The notes: generated from the sequence alone by a model not told the origin. A DNA stretch of 64,000 bases from Hormiphora californensis (GCA_020137815.1 CM035354.1:7068001-7132000); one strand, 5' to 3'; counted from the first letter of the stretch, positions 43,701 to 55,711 are shown. A program made the numbers and translations.

Positions 43701-46700
43701 TGACCTCGGTGTTGAACATACAGGTCATTGTGAAGCCACTGAAGGCCTCCACGTAGGTCTTGGAGGTAGTGAGAGAGCTGATACCTGTGGGAAGAAGATC
43801 AATTCGGTAAAAATATTGATTATAATTTGGATGTTCATCACAAATGATCATATTCTGATGGTCATCTAGCAGAATAAAACAAGTATTTACAGGGGACATT
43901 CCAGTGTCCCCTACTAGGAACCCCCCCCCCCCCCCTACTAGGAAAACCTCGAAAGCTTACCCAGGGGTTTGAGGGTTTGATACGCTGTGATAGTCGTCTT
44001 CCCACTGTCATATGACCCAGTACAGGAGAAATTCCCTGCGTCAGTAAATGCAACTTTAGCAATGGTTAGTGTAGACTTCATTCCCGAAGCAGCAACCCCT
44101 GCTATAGGAGTTAGAAACATCCCGCTTCCAGACAGTACTGTCAGGTGCCTTTCCTCCGTATATACAGTACAGTTTTGCTTCGTTCCCCACTACCCCATAA
44201 TTGTAGCTGGTTACAACTTCAACTTTGATGAAGTATTGGCCGAAGTTAGAGCTTGTAACGGGAGTATAGACTGCATCATTGCCATATGACATCTGAAAAG
44301 AATGAAGTGTTCAGAGAATGTACAACTGTGCAGTTGTATGCACGTCAAAAGGCCAGAAAAGGGGATGATTTACACAGTCAGACCTCGATTAACCTCACAT
44401 GGAAGATTCCGATAAAGTCGGACTTTTTGAAGTTGTCGATCCCCGCCCCACCCACCCCTTTTTCTTGGGCGGATTGGTTTGTGCACGACACAAAGTAATA
44501 AATGTCACACAAACAAGAGTTTGGGGTGACAACTTCAAAAAATCCGATGTTTAATTTTCGAGTTACCTTGCATTTGTAGTCATCATGACTATCGTCAGTG
44601 TCTCCCTCCGTGATCTTGTACTTCATTGTTCCTGATACAACTCCCGCTGTTAATTTTGTAGAACCTTGGTACCTGGTGTGGTAGTATAAATTAAAAATCC
44701 TGGCTCAGATATAGGGAGTATATTAAGCCTGGTATATAGTAGGGGCTAGTAGGGCTAGTAGGGGGAGTATAATGAAGGATGTACAAGTATTTTATATAGC
44801 TCCGTAGTTAGTAGAGATTATCATGGCTCATGAAATACGAAGTTCTAGCAAACACCTCACTGGATCTTGAGATATTATCAATCGGCAGAACGATAATATT
44901 CCCGATATATATATATACAATACGTATCCTCTACGTCGTAGAGCAATGTTCACTGAATACAAGCCCCGCTGAACCCCTGTAAAACTGACCATTCGACGGT
45001 GGCGGTGAGTGAACTGGGAGCGTTGTGGTTGCACGTCAATGTGATGGTGTCCTCAGGATCGGCGTACTGCTTTGAAGATGTAACTGCGGCTAAAAGGAAA
45101 TATAACGTTAGATTTACAAATACAAAACAAGATTTGTATTTAATTTATATTAGATTGTATGTAAATTCAAATTTTAACATCATTCAATTCGAATTTAACA
45201 GTTCAGTAAGTACCTGTCAGTATTTTGATGTTGCCGGTACTTTGTTGTGTTTTATCGTCAGCGTAAAGACAGTGACAAGTATAAACCAGATCAGTGGCCA
45301 AATTAGTCTTCTTCAGGGTTGTTGTTTGAGATTTGGTAACAGGATCATAACCCCCGGCATTAACAACAAATTCTCCTGCGGTTGTCACAGCTTGATTTGC
45401 TGCATTCTTCCAGGTGATCGTCTTTGTAGCCGCACCGTAGAAGATGCAAGTTATAGTGGCATGCTCCGTGGTTCCCGGTGCTCTATAGACTGTCTGAACA
45501 GCGCTAACACCATTCTTTTCCCAAGTTTTGGTGGTAGCTGAGAGAAGGTAACTGGAACTGGTGACACCTGTATACTTTGCCCCGCACGCGTAGGTGCCAG
45601 AATACTCCGCACCAGGCTCCGCTCCCTTTGTGACCATGAAAACTTGGAAAGTACTGGTAGCAGCCTTTTTTTCCGCTGGAGTCACCTTGACGCCATTGTG
45701 GTATACCGCTATTTCAGTCATATCTCCATCATATGTGCAGGTTACTGCTAAACCAGCCGCGTCAGCCGTCACAGCACCGACACCAGTGGGAGCTGAAATC
45801 AAGTGTTATATTTTCTCTCTATAATAATTGTCTTCCTTAATACAACATGACCGATTATATTCCTCATTATATACTATCGAATATTATTTGGGACAGTGTT
45901 TACTTACATTGTACAGTGACTGTTGCTTCTGTTGTAGTCTTCTCAACGCTATCGGCAAAAGTAACTTTACATATCAGTTTTGCTTGGCTGGAAACTATTT
46001 TAGTATATGTATTCTCCATTTCGTACGAGGAATAACTTCCAACAGCAATAGTCCAGCCGTTCCCGCTACTTGCAGGGGTACCATCTACCATAAGCTCAAT
46101 CTTAGTTGGGTTGTCGCCCGTCATAGCACATGTAACTTTAAAGGCCTCTCCATTCAAAGCTGCAGCATTGGCAGTGTACGACACGCTCCGAACATAAATT
46201 CCCTTCTTTTCACTGGTAAAATCCGTGCCAGGTCCAATGGACAATGTACACTCATAAAGTCCCGTATTGGTATGTGAAGCACTGGCAACGTGGTATGTCC
46301 ACGTTCGTAGTCCACTGGAGCACTTTGTCACAGTGATGGCAGTACCGTCCTTGGTGCACACCGGAGTAGCTGAGTTGAGGGCCGGAACGTTGAGAGGGTA
46401 GGTGAGGATAAAGTATAGTGGATCACCAACGTCAAGATACTGCTCGTAAAGTGATATCTCTGGCTCTGAGAAGGGAGATAGAGATTTAGAGAGAGAGAAA
46501 ATCAAATCTTATATTCAAAAGGAATTCCAAATATTATTACACTAGTAGGCCCGTTCGCCCTACGGGCGAATTTCGGGGAAATGGTAGCTGGATTAGGGAA
46601 TGCTGACATCACCTGCACCATCCGTTCCTAGCCTATCTCTCACTTTCTCCCTATACTACGTTGTTTTACGCTATGTTGTTGTACGCTCTGGGCTTCCTGT

Positions 46701-47784
46701 CAATATCAAGGTGCGAATTTAAAAAATCAATGTCAGGGAGGTTCAGTGCTGTTACAGAAACTCATCACGTGAAAACTTGGCCGCCATGTAGCCAATTCAG
46801 AGATTTCTATATTCGATTGGAGTAATCACCCTTGGGCGACGTTGGGTAAAGCTATCAGTAGTCGTTGATTGGCTCGCTTGAACACGTTGGCGTAATCTGT
46901 AATATTCTCTAGCCTGCTCTCTGACAGCAGCAGATCTTTCGGACCCAGATGACCGTTGCCGAATAGCGCTTGGGGTTGAAGAGTTAGACATCAGGACAAA
47001 AGTAAAAGAATGCACGTGCAGAATTTAATTTCCCTTAGTACCCAAAACTGCAACTGGGAGTGAGGTTTCTAAGTTGCTCTAATAATTGCACGTGCAGGTG
47101 TAGTTGCTAGGTGATGTAGCACTGACAATTTGAATAGTAAGTAGTATGATTGTATATAGTAACGTACCGGTACCGTAAACTGTCCCCATAGAGATTTTAG
47201 TAAATTCCTGGTTGACACAAGAATACACCCCATTTTCGGCAGCATCGTAAGAACCAGTGAGAGATATTACTTTCTCGGTCTAAATAAGTGTGTTACGTTG
47301 TTAAGTAACATTATAGGTATTGGAGTGAGTCTCACAGGGACATACTTGTCATGTACAATTATAACCTTCCTTTACATTAGGAAACAGGGTGGAGCAAGGC
47401 AAATACTTACACCGATCTTCGCTCCACTGTGGTACATAATAATGGAAGAAGCATACCCACAAGATACTTGTGGGTTATCTTCTGGGGTGCCACCTCGCCG
47501 CATAAAATTTGTTCCATCTTCTGTCAGATGTAGCACTCTAGTTCCAAGAACACAGGTAACTGCATAAGATTAACTGTAAAGCTCCTTTTAGGGTTAAAAT
47601 ACTTGTTACTTAGCAACCACCCTTGTTAAAATTCTCTTTACTTAGCAACCATCCTTGTTACTTAGCAACCATCCTTGTTACTTAGCAACCAACCCTGTTA
47701 CCTAGCAACCAACCCTGTTACTTAGCAACCATCAGATAATTCCTTACCTGTACAGAAAAGGACAAGTAATTGCTTTAGCCCCAT
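34746..47784 (-). CDS. Giant type I membrane protein: signal peptide, ~15 or more Ig-like domains, CCP/sushi, furin site, Cys-rich GCC2/GCC3-like repeat, CCPs, TM, Pro-rich tail
   Basis: Putative signal MGLKQLLVLFCTVTCVLG from 47784. Repeated LTC...W.K...L.I...D.G.Y.C in ORFs 45900, 45203, 43183, 41859, 41506 and 40265. Sushi CGDLPDTDNG...YVCDSGYTLQG. RRKR site. CQICQLGYYS...CSQCATGKST. TM VLLVVCILLSLLIVVIIILSIAC. Tail ends ...QIYDTIANFFK*. One 5' exon junction (~47280) did not phase cleanly. Confidence 0.85.
38116..38800. mobile_element. Non-coding insertion with A...A'B...B' split inverted repeats and GC hairpins
   Basis: tatgaacgtttgt (38116) pairs with acaaacgttcata (38296); ttatgaaacccgatagt (38311) pairs with actatcgggtttcataa (38784). 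Internal hairpin ttaatcgccc-ggca-gggcgattaa. Confidence 0.55.
39372..39975 (-). pseudogene. Deletion-riddled copy of the Ig exon at 40198-40900 (possible assembly artefact)
   Basis: Collinear with 40198-40900. Near-identical at the left, with increasingly frequent 1-3 bp deletions to the right. Confidence 0.8.
40017..40199. mobile_element. ~180 bp MITE made of TIRs plus three consecutive hairpins
   Basis: TIR tatagaacacaactccctccc / gggagggagttatgtactata. Hairpins cctgtaaa...tttacagg, cacgggtccc-ttc-gggacccgtg and tcaatagacgcactgc-tct-gcagtgcgtctattga. Confidence 0.75.
46542..47149 (-). mobile_element. Non-autonomous Helitron
   Basis: Minus strand starts A|TCATACTAC and ends ttcgccc-gta-gggcgaa-cgggcctaCTAG|T: TC 5' end, subterminal hairpin, CTAG 3' end, A|T target and no TSD. 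Confidence 0.8.
47605..47733. repeat. Tandem ~20 bp repeat of gttacttagcaac (RFX X-box-like) in intron 1 of the Ig receptor
   Basis: About six copies of (g)ttac(t/c)tagcaacc. Confidence 0.75.
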
Positions 47785-48516
47785 CTTTCAAATGTTCCTC
47801 TTGTTCTATACTAACAAGACATAACACAAAAGCAAGATAGACACACTATAGCTCTGGGGTGTGATGGAGGTGTGATATGTTTACAAGGGGGTTACAGCAC
47901 TGGTAGCAACGCTTACACTTGTGAGTGGCTGCCGAGACAGTCATTACATACATGAGAATCAGCACTGAGCGGAAAAATGTAAACATAGTAATAATTATAT
48001 TATCATCTAGTACAACACTTAGTGTTCTAGTCTAGATCATACCAAAAAGGGGAGATGCTAGCACATCGGGGAGATAGAAGCTTTACTTGAAAGAACTAAT
48101 AAAGGATTGTTACATGGAAAATCATTTTACAATTACTAGATTGAGAAGGTTCAATAAGAGCTGAGTTGTGATGTAAATGATCAGAAGGTTCAGCAAGTGA
48201 GTTTGTTTTGTTCGAACCCTTTTTTCCTCGAGCGGGACGTAGTGAGACAGGGTCGAACAGGGCAACGAAAGAGTCTAATGCAGTCAAACAAAACAAAACA
48301 AACGGCAAACAAACAGAACATCTCGTGTATAAGTAGCAGTAATCAAAACTAAGGAAATTTTAGTAAAAAATCGTCCACGTTTGCTTGAATATAAAAAAAT
48401 TTACGTAGCCCAGTGGGAACCTAATCCACCCCTGGCCCTCCTCCCTTAAGTACCCAAATATACCCAAATGTAACCAAGTGTACTCAAATCTACCCAAGTG
48501 TTCCCATTCTTACCTA

Positions 48517-51500
48517 TCAGGACAGTTCCTCTATAGTGGGTTTACTGATAAAACGAGGCGAGCTGCTGTCCGCTGCTGGTCGGCTGGCGATTTGTTTTAA
48601 AGTCCTCGACAACATACCCGGGTGTGCCTGCCCATAACGGGATACCGACCATGCAGCGTAAAACTGGAGTGTTCTCCTAATTCCCTTCACCTCTGACGGA
48701 CCTAAAGATTAACTTTTTATTATAACAGGCGTGGTGGTGATTCAAAATGGCAGTTGAAAATTCTGGTGCTGACAATGTCAGTGACATTGTACCACATTCC
48801 ACATGGAAATTTGCATGAATTTGCATCACGTCATTCTAGTCTGAGACGTATATCGTGGTGTAAAATTGGAAAGTCCCACCAGGAATAGTCCAAATGTAAG
48901 AACAAGTTGTTAGCCATGCAAAATACCTTTCGACAGAGCCTTTCTCAGATCGACACATGCTCTTTCGATGGCAAGATGACCTTTTGAGATCAAATTAATT
49001 GTGTTTTCCAGTACAGCCTCCCGGGTAACATACTTGGTTAGCCCTGTAAATGGTGTGGTGTAATAAAAGGAACAAGTTAGATATCAATGACAAGGATAGC
49101 ATGAGCATGAAGTATCCTTTCGTGCCTGCGATTTCTTCCCTATATATGCTGGAATGCCGAATGCGGGCAGTTTCCCAAAAGGAGAGAGGGCTCTTTAGCA
49201 AAGGGCTCTTTGGTAAAGTAGAAAGTAAATGCGCCAAAAAAGCGTGAAGTGAGTGGTTTTTGTTGCTACATGCTGTACTGGGATTCAGCTCAGTTTACCA
49301 ATACAACATGTGGTCGTTTGTTATGCTTGGTCAGCCCTGAGCCCTCCATCGCCACAATGGAGAAATGTTAGTGCCCGCGTGGGGGCGACAACAGTTGACT
49401 TGACCCCCGGCCCGAACATTAGCACGACTGCTAAATTTCGCAATTACGTACTGTGGGGTGGACACGTTTGGACCATTCCCCCCCCCCCCCCCCCCCCGGG
49501 TGGATTCACCCGGGTCATCTTTTTAGCACGTGTACAATTATTCTTGTTGTTTGCCATTTGTTGCTTTACAGTGCAGCAAGTAGCACGTTATAAGAGGGTC
49601 TGAGTCTGTTATGCGCATCTAGCTCTTTAGAGTTCTAAAAAGCTAACGGGTGACAACTAAAAATTGTTACTAATTTAAAACAGCTGTATAATTTTTCCCT
49701 TTTGAGATACAGCTTCGGGCCAGTGATAGAACGATTTTTCGGACAATTTTGAATCATGATAACATAACGGCGATGACTAAAACGTTCATTCTCATAGCGA
49801 TATCGGATCATTTCCTCTTGCCCCACCAAAGCATATAGTACGGAGATTTGAAATTTCTATGTTATCAGAAACGACCTTCCCGATGAGATAGAATTCTCAT
49901 AATTGGAAGTCTGGTTGTTCATGCCATAACCAACATAACTGCCAAGTTTGAAGATTTTGGCTGATTAGGAAGTTGGGTTTCCACGGTCATTAATGTTTCG
50001 AGAGATGTCGAAATGGCGATTTCTCAAATTACCTGTAAACTAGGCTTTGTTACAGAAGATTCTGATCAGGAATTGAGATTTATGAAGTTTGAAGCAAAGT
50101 TAATTTCGTTCAAAATTGTCTGAAAAATCATTCTATCACTGTCCCGAAGCTGTATTTCGACTAGAACAGGCGCTAGAGGTGCTAGAAAAACGTGTAGATT
50201 TCACAGACTATATACTTTGGTGGGGCAAGAGGAAATGATCCGATATCGCTATGAGAATGAACGTTTTAGTCATCGCCGTTATGTTTTTCTGATTCAAAAT
50301 TGTCTGAAAAATCGTTCTACTGGCCCGAAGCTGTATCTCAAAAGGGAAAAATTCTACAGCTGTTTTAAAGTAGTAACAATTTTTAGTTGTCACCCGTTAT
50401 ATGCACAACATATAACTCTGTTGGGCAATGAGCTTTTAGAACAATATAAACTAGCGCAATGAATATAGCGCTGTTGATATAAAAAGGAACACTACGAATC
50501 GAAACGCAGTACCTTTTCGTTTTTCTAGTCTTATCTTTTAATGACAGGACAGCTATAGTAATTCTTCCTCAAATATTCTAACACGTCTCTCTCTCTCTCT
50601 CTCTCTCTCTTTGTCCATAATCAATACATCAATTGATTTTATAGCATGCTGCTCACTACTGGTCTATTTCTTGGACTTTGCGGCGCATTGTTTGTACCGG
50701 AGAACTGTCGGATTGAGGTGGATAAGGGATTCCTAAAGAAGAAATGTGATCCAGCGGGAGTTGTTATTCCCGGCTACAATCTGTACCAATGTCACAACTC
50801 TGATAACTACTACTGGACCATGCGTTCCATTTCACACCGTGATGAATCTTGGATCCTGAACACAACGTGTCCTGAAGACCGGATATCCTATGACATGTGT
50901 GGGTACATAGACACTGATCTCTCGACTGTTGGAGGAGTGGGATCAGGGGGTCCGATATGTGGCATACTCGGTTGTACAGTAAGCACGTACGTGCAACCCC
51001 AGCTAGCCAGTGATATGTGTTCATATAACTTCAACTGTGGAAACTTTCAGGCTGACATCTTGCAAGATTACTGCCAGAAGAAGGACAATTATATATGTGA
51101 TGGGGTCTGCAATTCAGCCACCTGTAACGACGAGAATCATTGTAACGGATACACCTACGGGATGAAGTGTGGTGTCGCGGAAATATACCCCATGGTTGTG
51201 TGTTTCTACAATTACCCCTGGATTTGCAGAGGAGGATTGGACCAGGTTCAGAATACCTCAGCTTCTAACCGGTGTACTGATAGGCAGGATGATACTATCT
51301 ACTGTCCAAGCTTATTCATCTCAACTATGACGTGCATGAAGGAGTACCACTACGAAGAGGTACCACTTTTCAACTTTACCCGGTGTAGCACTATCATCTG
51401 GAGTATCGATATGTGGTATATCATCCCTGAGGAGTATGTGCGGGGGAGATACAGTTACTTTCCCGTTTGTACCAACTTCATGGACCAAACGAACTGTAGT

Positions 51501-54500
51501 GACCCCGAAAGGATTGCCCTTTACTGTCCCATCAATGGGTACCGATCGAGCGTTGCAAAGATAATGGTGTGCGGAGAACTCCAGGAGAACTTGTGTGATG
51601 ATGGTCTTGATACGTTGTGCGTCCAGCCATCAGAACAGTGCCGAATCCACAAACACCAGCTGTGCGATCTAAAATCTGACTGTGCCCGTTCAGTTGATGA
51701 GAGGCAGTGTGAAAGTGTCACCGCTAAAGGGCCGGGGTGCCAGAGAAAGTTGAGACCGGAGGAAGGGGCCACATCGATACCCATAGCATGGCTGATGGAC
51801 GGTGTAGTGGACTGTGTGAATGGAGAAGATGAGGTGGAGGGGAACTGGGAGAAGTGTGGGAGTGGAATCTACACGAGGTTTGTGACTGGAAATAGTGTAT
51901 GTGAGGATGAGTTTGTGTGCCGGTTTGGTCCCACCACAATTATTCCCCGAAAGTTGTTATGTGATGGGATCAACACGTGTGATAGTGAGGATGGGGTTTG
52001 CCAGAAGCATGTTACGAAGGTATTTCAAAAGTCCATCAAACGAGCTTCTGATAAGTGGGTGAAGTATGTCGCGTTCTGTCAGTTTGGACTTGAGAGAAGA
52101 ATGATAACTGAGGGTTGCGGAACAGTTCAATTCACACCCGTAGAAATGGGATCTATCTTCGGTGTTAACAAAGTTCCCCTCATCCATCTACCGGATTTGG
52201 TGCGTAGCTGTAGATATTTCTTTGGTGAGCAATATGTCTATCTGGCGTGTACTGGTCGATGTGGGAATACGGTGGGGTGCCCCCTCCAAAGCACACCCCT
52301 CAAAACAACATCCTGCCCCGATCAATACAAGAATAGAGTCTACACCCTCTTCAAGGAGACCTCCCTCACTTTCGTCCTACCGAAAGAGGACCACTTTATC
52401 CAGGAGCTGTTCGAGTGTGACAACGGCGGGTGTCTAGAGTACGAGAAAGTCTGCAACCTGGTGGACGATTGTGGCGATGGGAGTGACGAGGGACGATGTA
52501 TCAACCATTTCAAGTGTCTCAAATCCGGACAGTTTCTCTCTGTGGACAAGAAGTGTGATGGTGTGATTCACTGCTCTGACTACTCTGACGAGTGTAACAA
52601 GGATTGCTCCAAAGTGATCCTGACACCCCTTCTTAAAAGTATCGCCATAACTTTTGGCAGTACAGCCACGTTCCTGAACATCTGGACACTGTTTCACAAT
52701 ATGAAGGACATCATAGTTGGGAAGATGAACCAGATAGCTCTCACCAACCATGTCCTGGTATCTATGGTTTGTGTCGGTGATGCCATGACAGGGGTCTACC
52801 TTCTTCTCATCACTATCTCCGACTTTGTCCAGGGCGACAAGTACTGTCTCAACCAAACCACATGGCTATCCGGATGGCCGTGTGACGCACTGGGTATCCT
52901 TAGCACTTTTGGAAGCTGTATCTCCGTTTACTCCATGACCTTTCTGAGTATCAGTCGGGCCGTGGGGATCAGGAGTAGCCTTCGTACTCAAACCCTGCCC
53001 TGTGGCCCCTTCAAACTGGCTTCCATTCTAGGCATGTTTGCTGCCGCGGTTTCTAGCATGCCCGTGATCCTGACCAAGGCTAACAGCCGTCTGGAAGATA
53101 TGTTTGTGAACGGTCAAACTTGGAGTAAGCAGCTTAAGTTGTTTGTGGGTGTCCAGGGGAAAGAAGAGCACTTGGAGGTTCTTGAGGGGTACTATGGACG
53201 GTTTCTGAAGATCAAAAGGGACAGTGAGGTAATGAGGTGGGACAAGATAACTTCTTTAGTTCGTGGCATGTACACAACAGACTACGGTAACTTGGAGGGA
53301 CTGAACAATCTAGTTGGTTTCTATGGTAATGAAGGGGTTTGCTTATTCAAATACTTTGTACTCCCCGATGACCCCCAATTTATCTTTGTCTTGGCCTTTA
53401 AAGTGCTCAACATCTCCTGTCTGGCTACGATTTGTTTCTGCTACCTTGTCATTAATTACTACACAAGGCAGAGCGTTCAGAGGTTGATGGCGGCGGCACC
53501 TGCCGGAGAAAACCATGTCAACCCAGCGATGAAGCAACGTCTCAAACAACAACAGAAGACCCAAAGAAAAGTCACGCTCATCATTGCGACAGATTTGATG
53601 TGCTGGCTACCCATGATGATCACATCTTGCTTCCACATGGCAGAGGTGATTGATGCAACATCGTACTACGACATATTTTCTGTCATCCTCCTACCCATCA
53701 ACTCGGTGATAAATCCTATGTTGTACAGCGACAAAGTTTACAGCATGGCCCGAAGTATGGGAGCTAGAGGTTACATCTGGAAGGCCGGCTACGATTACAT
53801 CCGGGCCAAGATGAAACGGGTGGTGCCAAATGTTGAAATTGAGATGTATGATCTACCTCACCCCCATCCACCACCTCCTCCTCCTAAATTAACGACGACT
53901 ACCATCGGATCCACACAGCAAGGGTGAACATTATTATGACTGCTAAATTTCACAACTACGCACCGTGGGGTGGATACGTTTTGGCCATTTTTGTGTGACA
54001 TTTGCTGCTTTACAGTACACGTAACCCAAACGTTCTGTCCGTTAAATCTCATGCTTTACAGTGCTGCAAATAGCACATAAGAGGCTCTGAGTCTGCTATG
54101 CATATCTAGCTCTTTAGAGTTCTAAAGAGCTATATATGCACAACATATAACTCCGTTGGGCTATTAGCTTTTAGAACAACTTATATCCGAACTGTTTTTT
54201 CTGTTTTTTTCTGTTAACAATAAAAACTGAAAGTGGTAAAAGTAAAAACCTGTGTCGATGAGTTTATTGAAGAATAGCACCACAGCAGCGTCAACAGAAT
54301 TCGGTATGTCAGGTCCTCGCCACAGTTTCACAACAGACGCACAATACTCATCTAGTAGTAGCCCTCTGTCAGGATACACCAACTCCACAGTAATATACCC
54401 CAGCACAGCCTGAAATTATACCCATGCCGCATGAAATCTTTCGAGTTTTGGGTACCTAAAGTGAGTGGGCGATGTGTCCCCTCTTTCCCCTCTTTCCATT

Positions 54501-55697
54501 TCTCTTGATTCCCTTGCGCTTACCAGCACACTTTCAATTAATCAAGTTTGATTCTCATTTCTCGTCAAAGTTTAACTTTGCTTCTCATAAAATCACAGGG
54601 AAATCTTACCATTAAAACAAGATAAACCATCTGTTCCGAAGGTTCTGATTTCAGAAGACTCTCCAATGATGGAGTTTTAGTTTTGGGGTACACCAAACAA
54701 TCGCCTTTATCCCACCAGTGTACCTGGGCCTTCATTAGGCTCATTATTGATCCTGGAAATGAGGTTCTGTCAAAACGCCTTGTATTGTTTATACTTACAA
54801 CAACAGCACAAAAAACGCCAAACATGGCAAAATAAAATGTCAATTTGAGCTGTTTCCGTGAGCCGCGCAGAAGTAAGGCACCGCTCCCACGCGAGTTATG
54901 CGCGCATGGGGGTTTCTTAACACAACTCAGTCACCGCGCCATCCGTTCATACCGGTCTGGACTGACTTCAGAAACGCTTTTCTCTCTGCTTCAGTCAGAG
55001 TTTCCCAGAGCTCTTCTTCACTCTTCATTTCTAGGGAGGCCATCATCATTTCAAGATCAACCTCCTCATCGTGATCATCTTCCTCATCGTGATCACCTGG
55101 GAAGATGCAAGTTGTTAGGGTCTACTGTCTAGATTCTCGTACGAATGGAGTATAAGTTGTTTTGTTATTAGAAACAGGGTCGAACAGGGCAAATAATGTT
55201 GATAAAATTGAGAATGTTCATTTATAACCCACCTTGTTCTTGTACACCAGTATGGGACCTCAGCAACACTTCCTCCATCTGTTTCTTCTTCTCCTTACTA
55301 ACAACTGTGTGCTTCAACTCTTCCTCAACCTGTCAGGGGGGAGGATGTGATTCATCTAGGTATACGACCCCAATATGTTCCGTTCTAAGTCCGTTCTATG
55401 TCATGTTCCGTTTTTAACAAAGTTCGAACAGTTTTACAAAGGTAGGTAAAACCACTATTGGTGCCCTAGGAAGAAGTACTTTGATCTAAAACTGGGCAAT
55501 AAGGTACGTGTCAAGAGATAAAGGACTCTACTTTGTATTAGTCAAGTCTGAATTACCCCCCCCCCCTGTACCTGTTCTTTGTAGAAGTGCTCTGAACAGG
55601 AGGCATGTGATTGGGATTTGTAGCAGGATAGGGAACAATAACCATGTTCACATCGAGGGCATTTGTATTGGGCACCATCGCCACACCAGCACAACAT
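48517..55697 (-). CDS. ZNHIT2: Zinc finger HIT domain protein 2 homologue (multi-exon; hosts a nested GPCR)
   Basis: Spliced: MLCWCGDGAQYKCPRCEHGYCSLSCYKSQSHASCSEHFYKEQ|VEEELK...|ELWETLTEAERKAF|...VHWW...|AVLGY...LIDT| intron 54249-49044 |GLTKY...ACVDLRKAL|...RRTLQFYAAW...PTIEELS*. The zf-HIT, FYxxQV, LW, WW and terminal IEEL motifs follow the ZNHIT2 pattern. Confidence 0.85.
49646..50397. mobile_element. Tc1/mariner-type MITE with ~190 bp TIRs and TA TSD
   Basis: TA|acgggtgacaactaaaaattgttac ... gtaacaatttttagttgtcacccgt|TA. The empty site is visible in the paralogous repeat near 54131. Confidence 0.9.
50646..53927 (+). CDS. Intronless rhodopsin-class 7TM receptor with a Cys-rich/LDLa-repeat ectodomain (GRL101/LGR-like 7TM, no LRRs seen)
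   Basis: 1093 aa with signal peptide. LDLa motifs CNLVDDCGDGSDE, CDGVIHCSDYSDE, DGVVDCVNGEDE. 7TM motifs GDAMTGVYL, WLSGWPCDALG, FYGNEGVCL, IIATDLMCWLP and ILLPINSVINPMLY. Confidence 0.92.
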   Translation: MLLTTGLFLGLCGALFVPENCRIEVDKGFLKKKCDPAGVVIPGYNLYQCHNSDNYYWTMRSISHRDESWILNTTCPEDRISYDMCGYIDTDLSTVGGVGSGGPICGILGCTVSTYVQPQLASDMCSYNFNCGNFQADILQDYCQKKDNYICDGVCNSATCNDENHCNGYTYGMKCGVAEIYPMVVCFYNYPWICRGGLDQVQNTSASNRCTDRQDDTIYCPSLFISTMTCMKEYHYEEVPLFNFTRCSTIIWSIDMWYIIPEEYVRGRYSYFPVCTNFMDQTNCSDPERIALYCPINGYRSSVAKIMVCGELQENLCDDGLDTLCVQPSEQCRIHKHQLCDLKSDCARSVDERQCESVTAKGPGCQRKLRPEEGATSIPIAWLMDGVVDCVNGEDEVEGNWEKCGSGIYTRFVTGNSVCEDEFVCRFGPTTIIPRKLLCDGINTCDSEDGVCQKHVTKVFQKSIKRASDKWVKYVAFCQFGLERRMITEGCGTVQFTPVEMGSIFGVNKVPLIHLPDLVRSCRYFFGEQYVYLACTGRCGNTVGCPLQSTPLKTTSCPDQYKNRVYTLFKETSLTFVLPKEDHFIQELFECDNGGCLEYEKVCNLVDDCGDGSDEGRCINHFKCLKSGQFLSVDKKCDGVIHCSDYSDECNKDCSKVILTPLLKSIAITFGSTATFLNIWTLFHNMKDIIVGKMNQIALTNHVLVSMVCVGDAMTGVYLLLITISDFVQGDKYCLNQTTWLSGWPCDALGILSTFGSCISVYSMTFLSISRAVGIRSSLRTQTLPCGPFKLASILGMFAAAVSSMPVILTKANSRLEDMFVNGQTWSKQLKLFVGVQGKEEHLEVLEGYYGRFLKIKRDSEVMRWDKITSLVRGMYTTDYGNLEGLNNLVGFYGNEGVCLFKYFVLPDDPQFIFVLAFKVLNISCLATICFCYLVINYYTRQSVQRLMAAAPAGENHVNPAMKQRLKQQQKTQRKVTLIIATDLMCWLPMMITSCFHMAEVIDATSYYDIFSVILLPINSVINPMLYSDKVYSMARSMGARGYIWKAGYDYIRAKMKRVVPNVEIEMYDLPHPHPPPPPPKLTTTTIGSTQQG

Positions 55698-55711
55698 TAT
55701 ATCGCTGTTAT

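Larger units (their letters stand above)
49414..54185 (+). repeat. ~260 bp diverged direct repeats flanking the GPCR (49414-49645 plus 50400-50444; 53926-54185)
   Basis: gaacatta..gactgctaaattt..gtggggtgga.acgttt and gagtctg.tatgc..atctagctctttagagttctaaa..atatgcacaacatataactc.gttggg occur on both sides. The left copy is split by a MITE. Confidence 0.8.
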
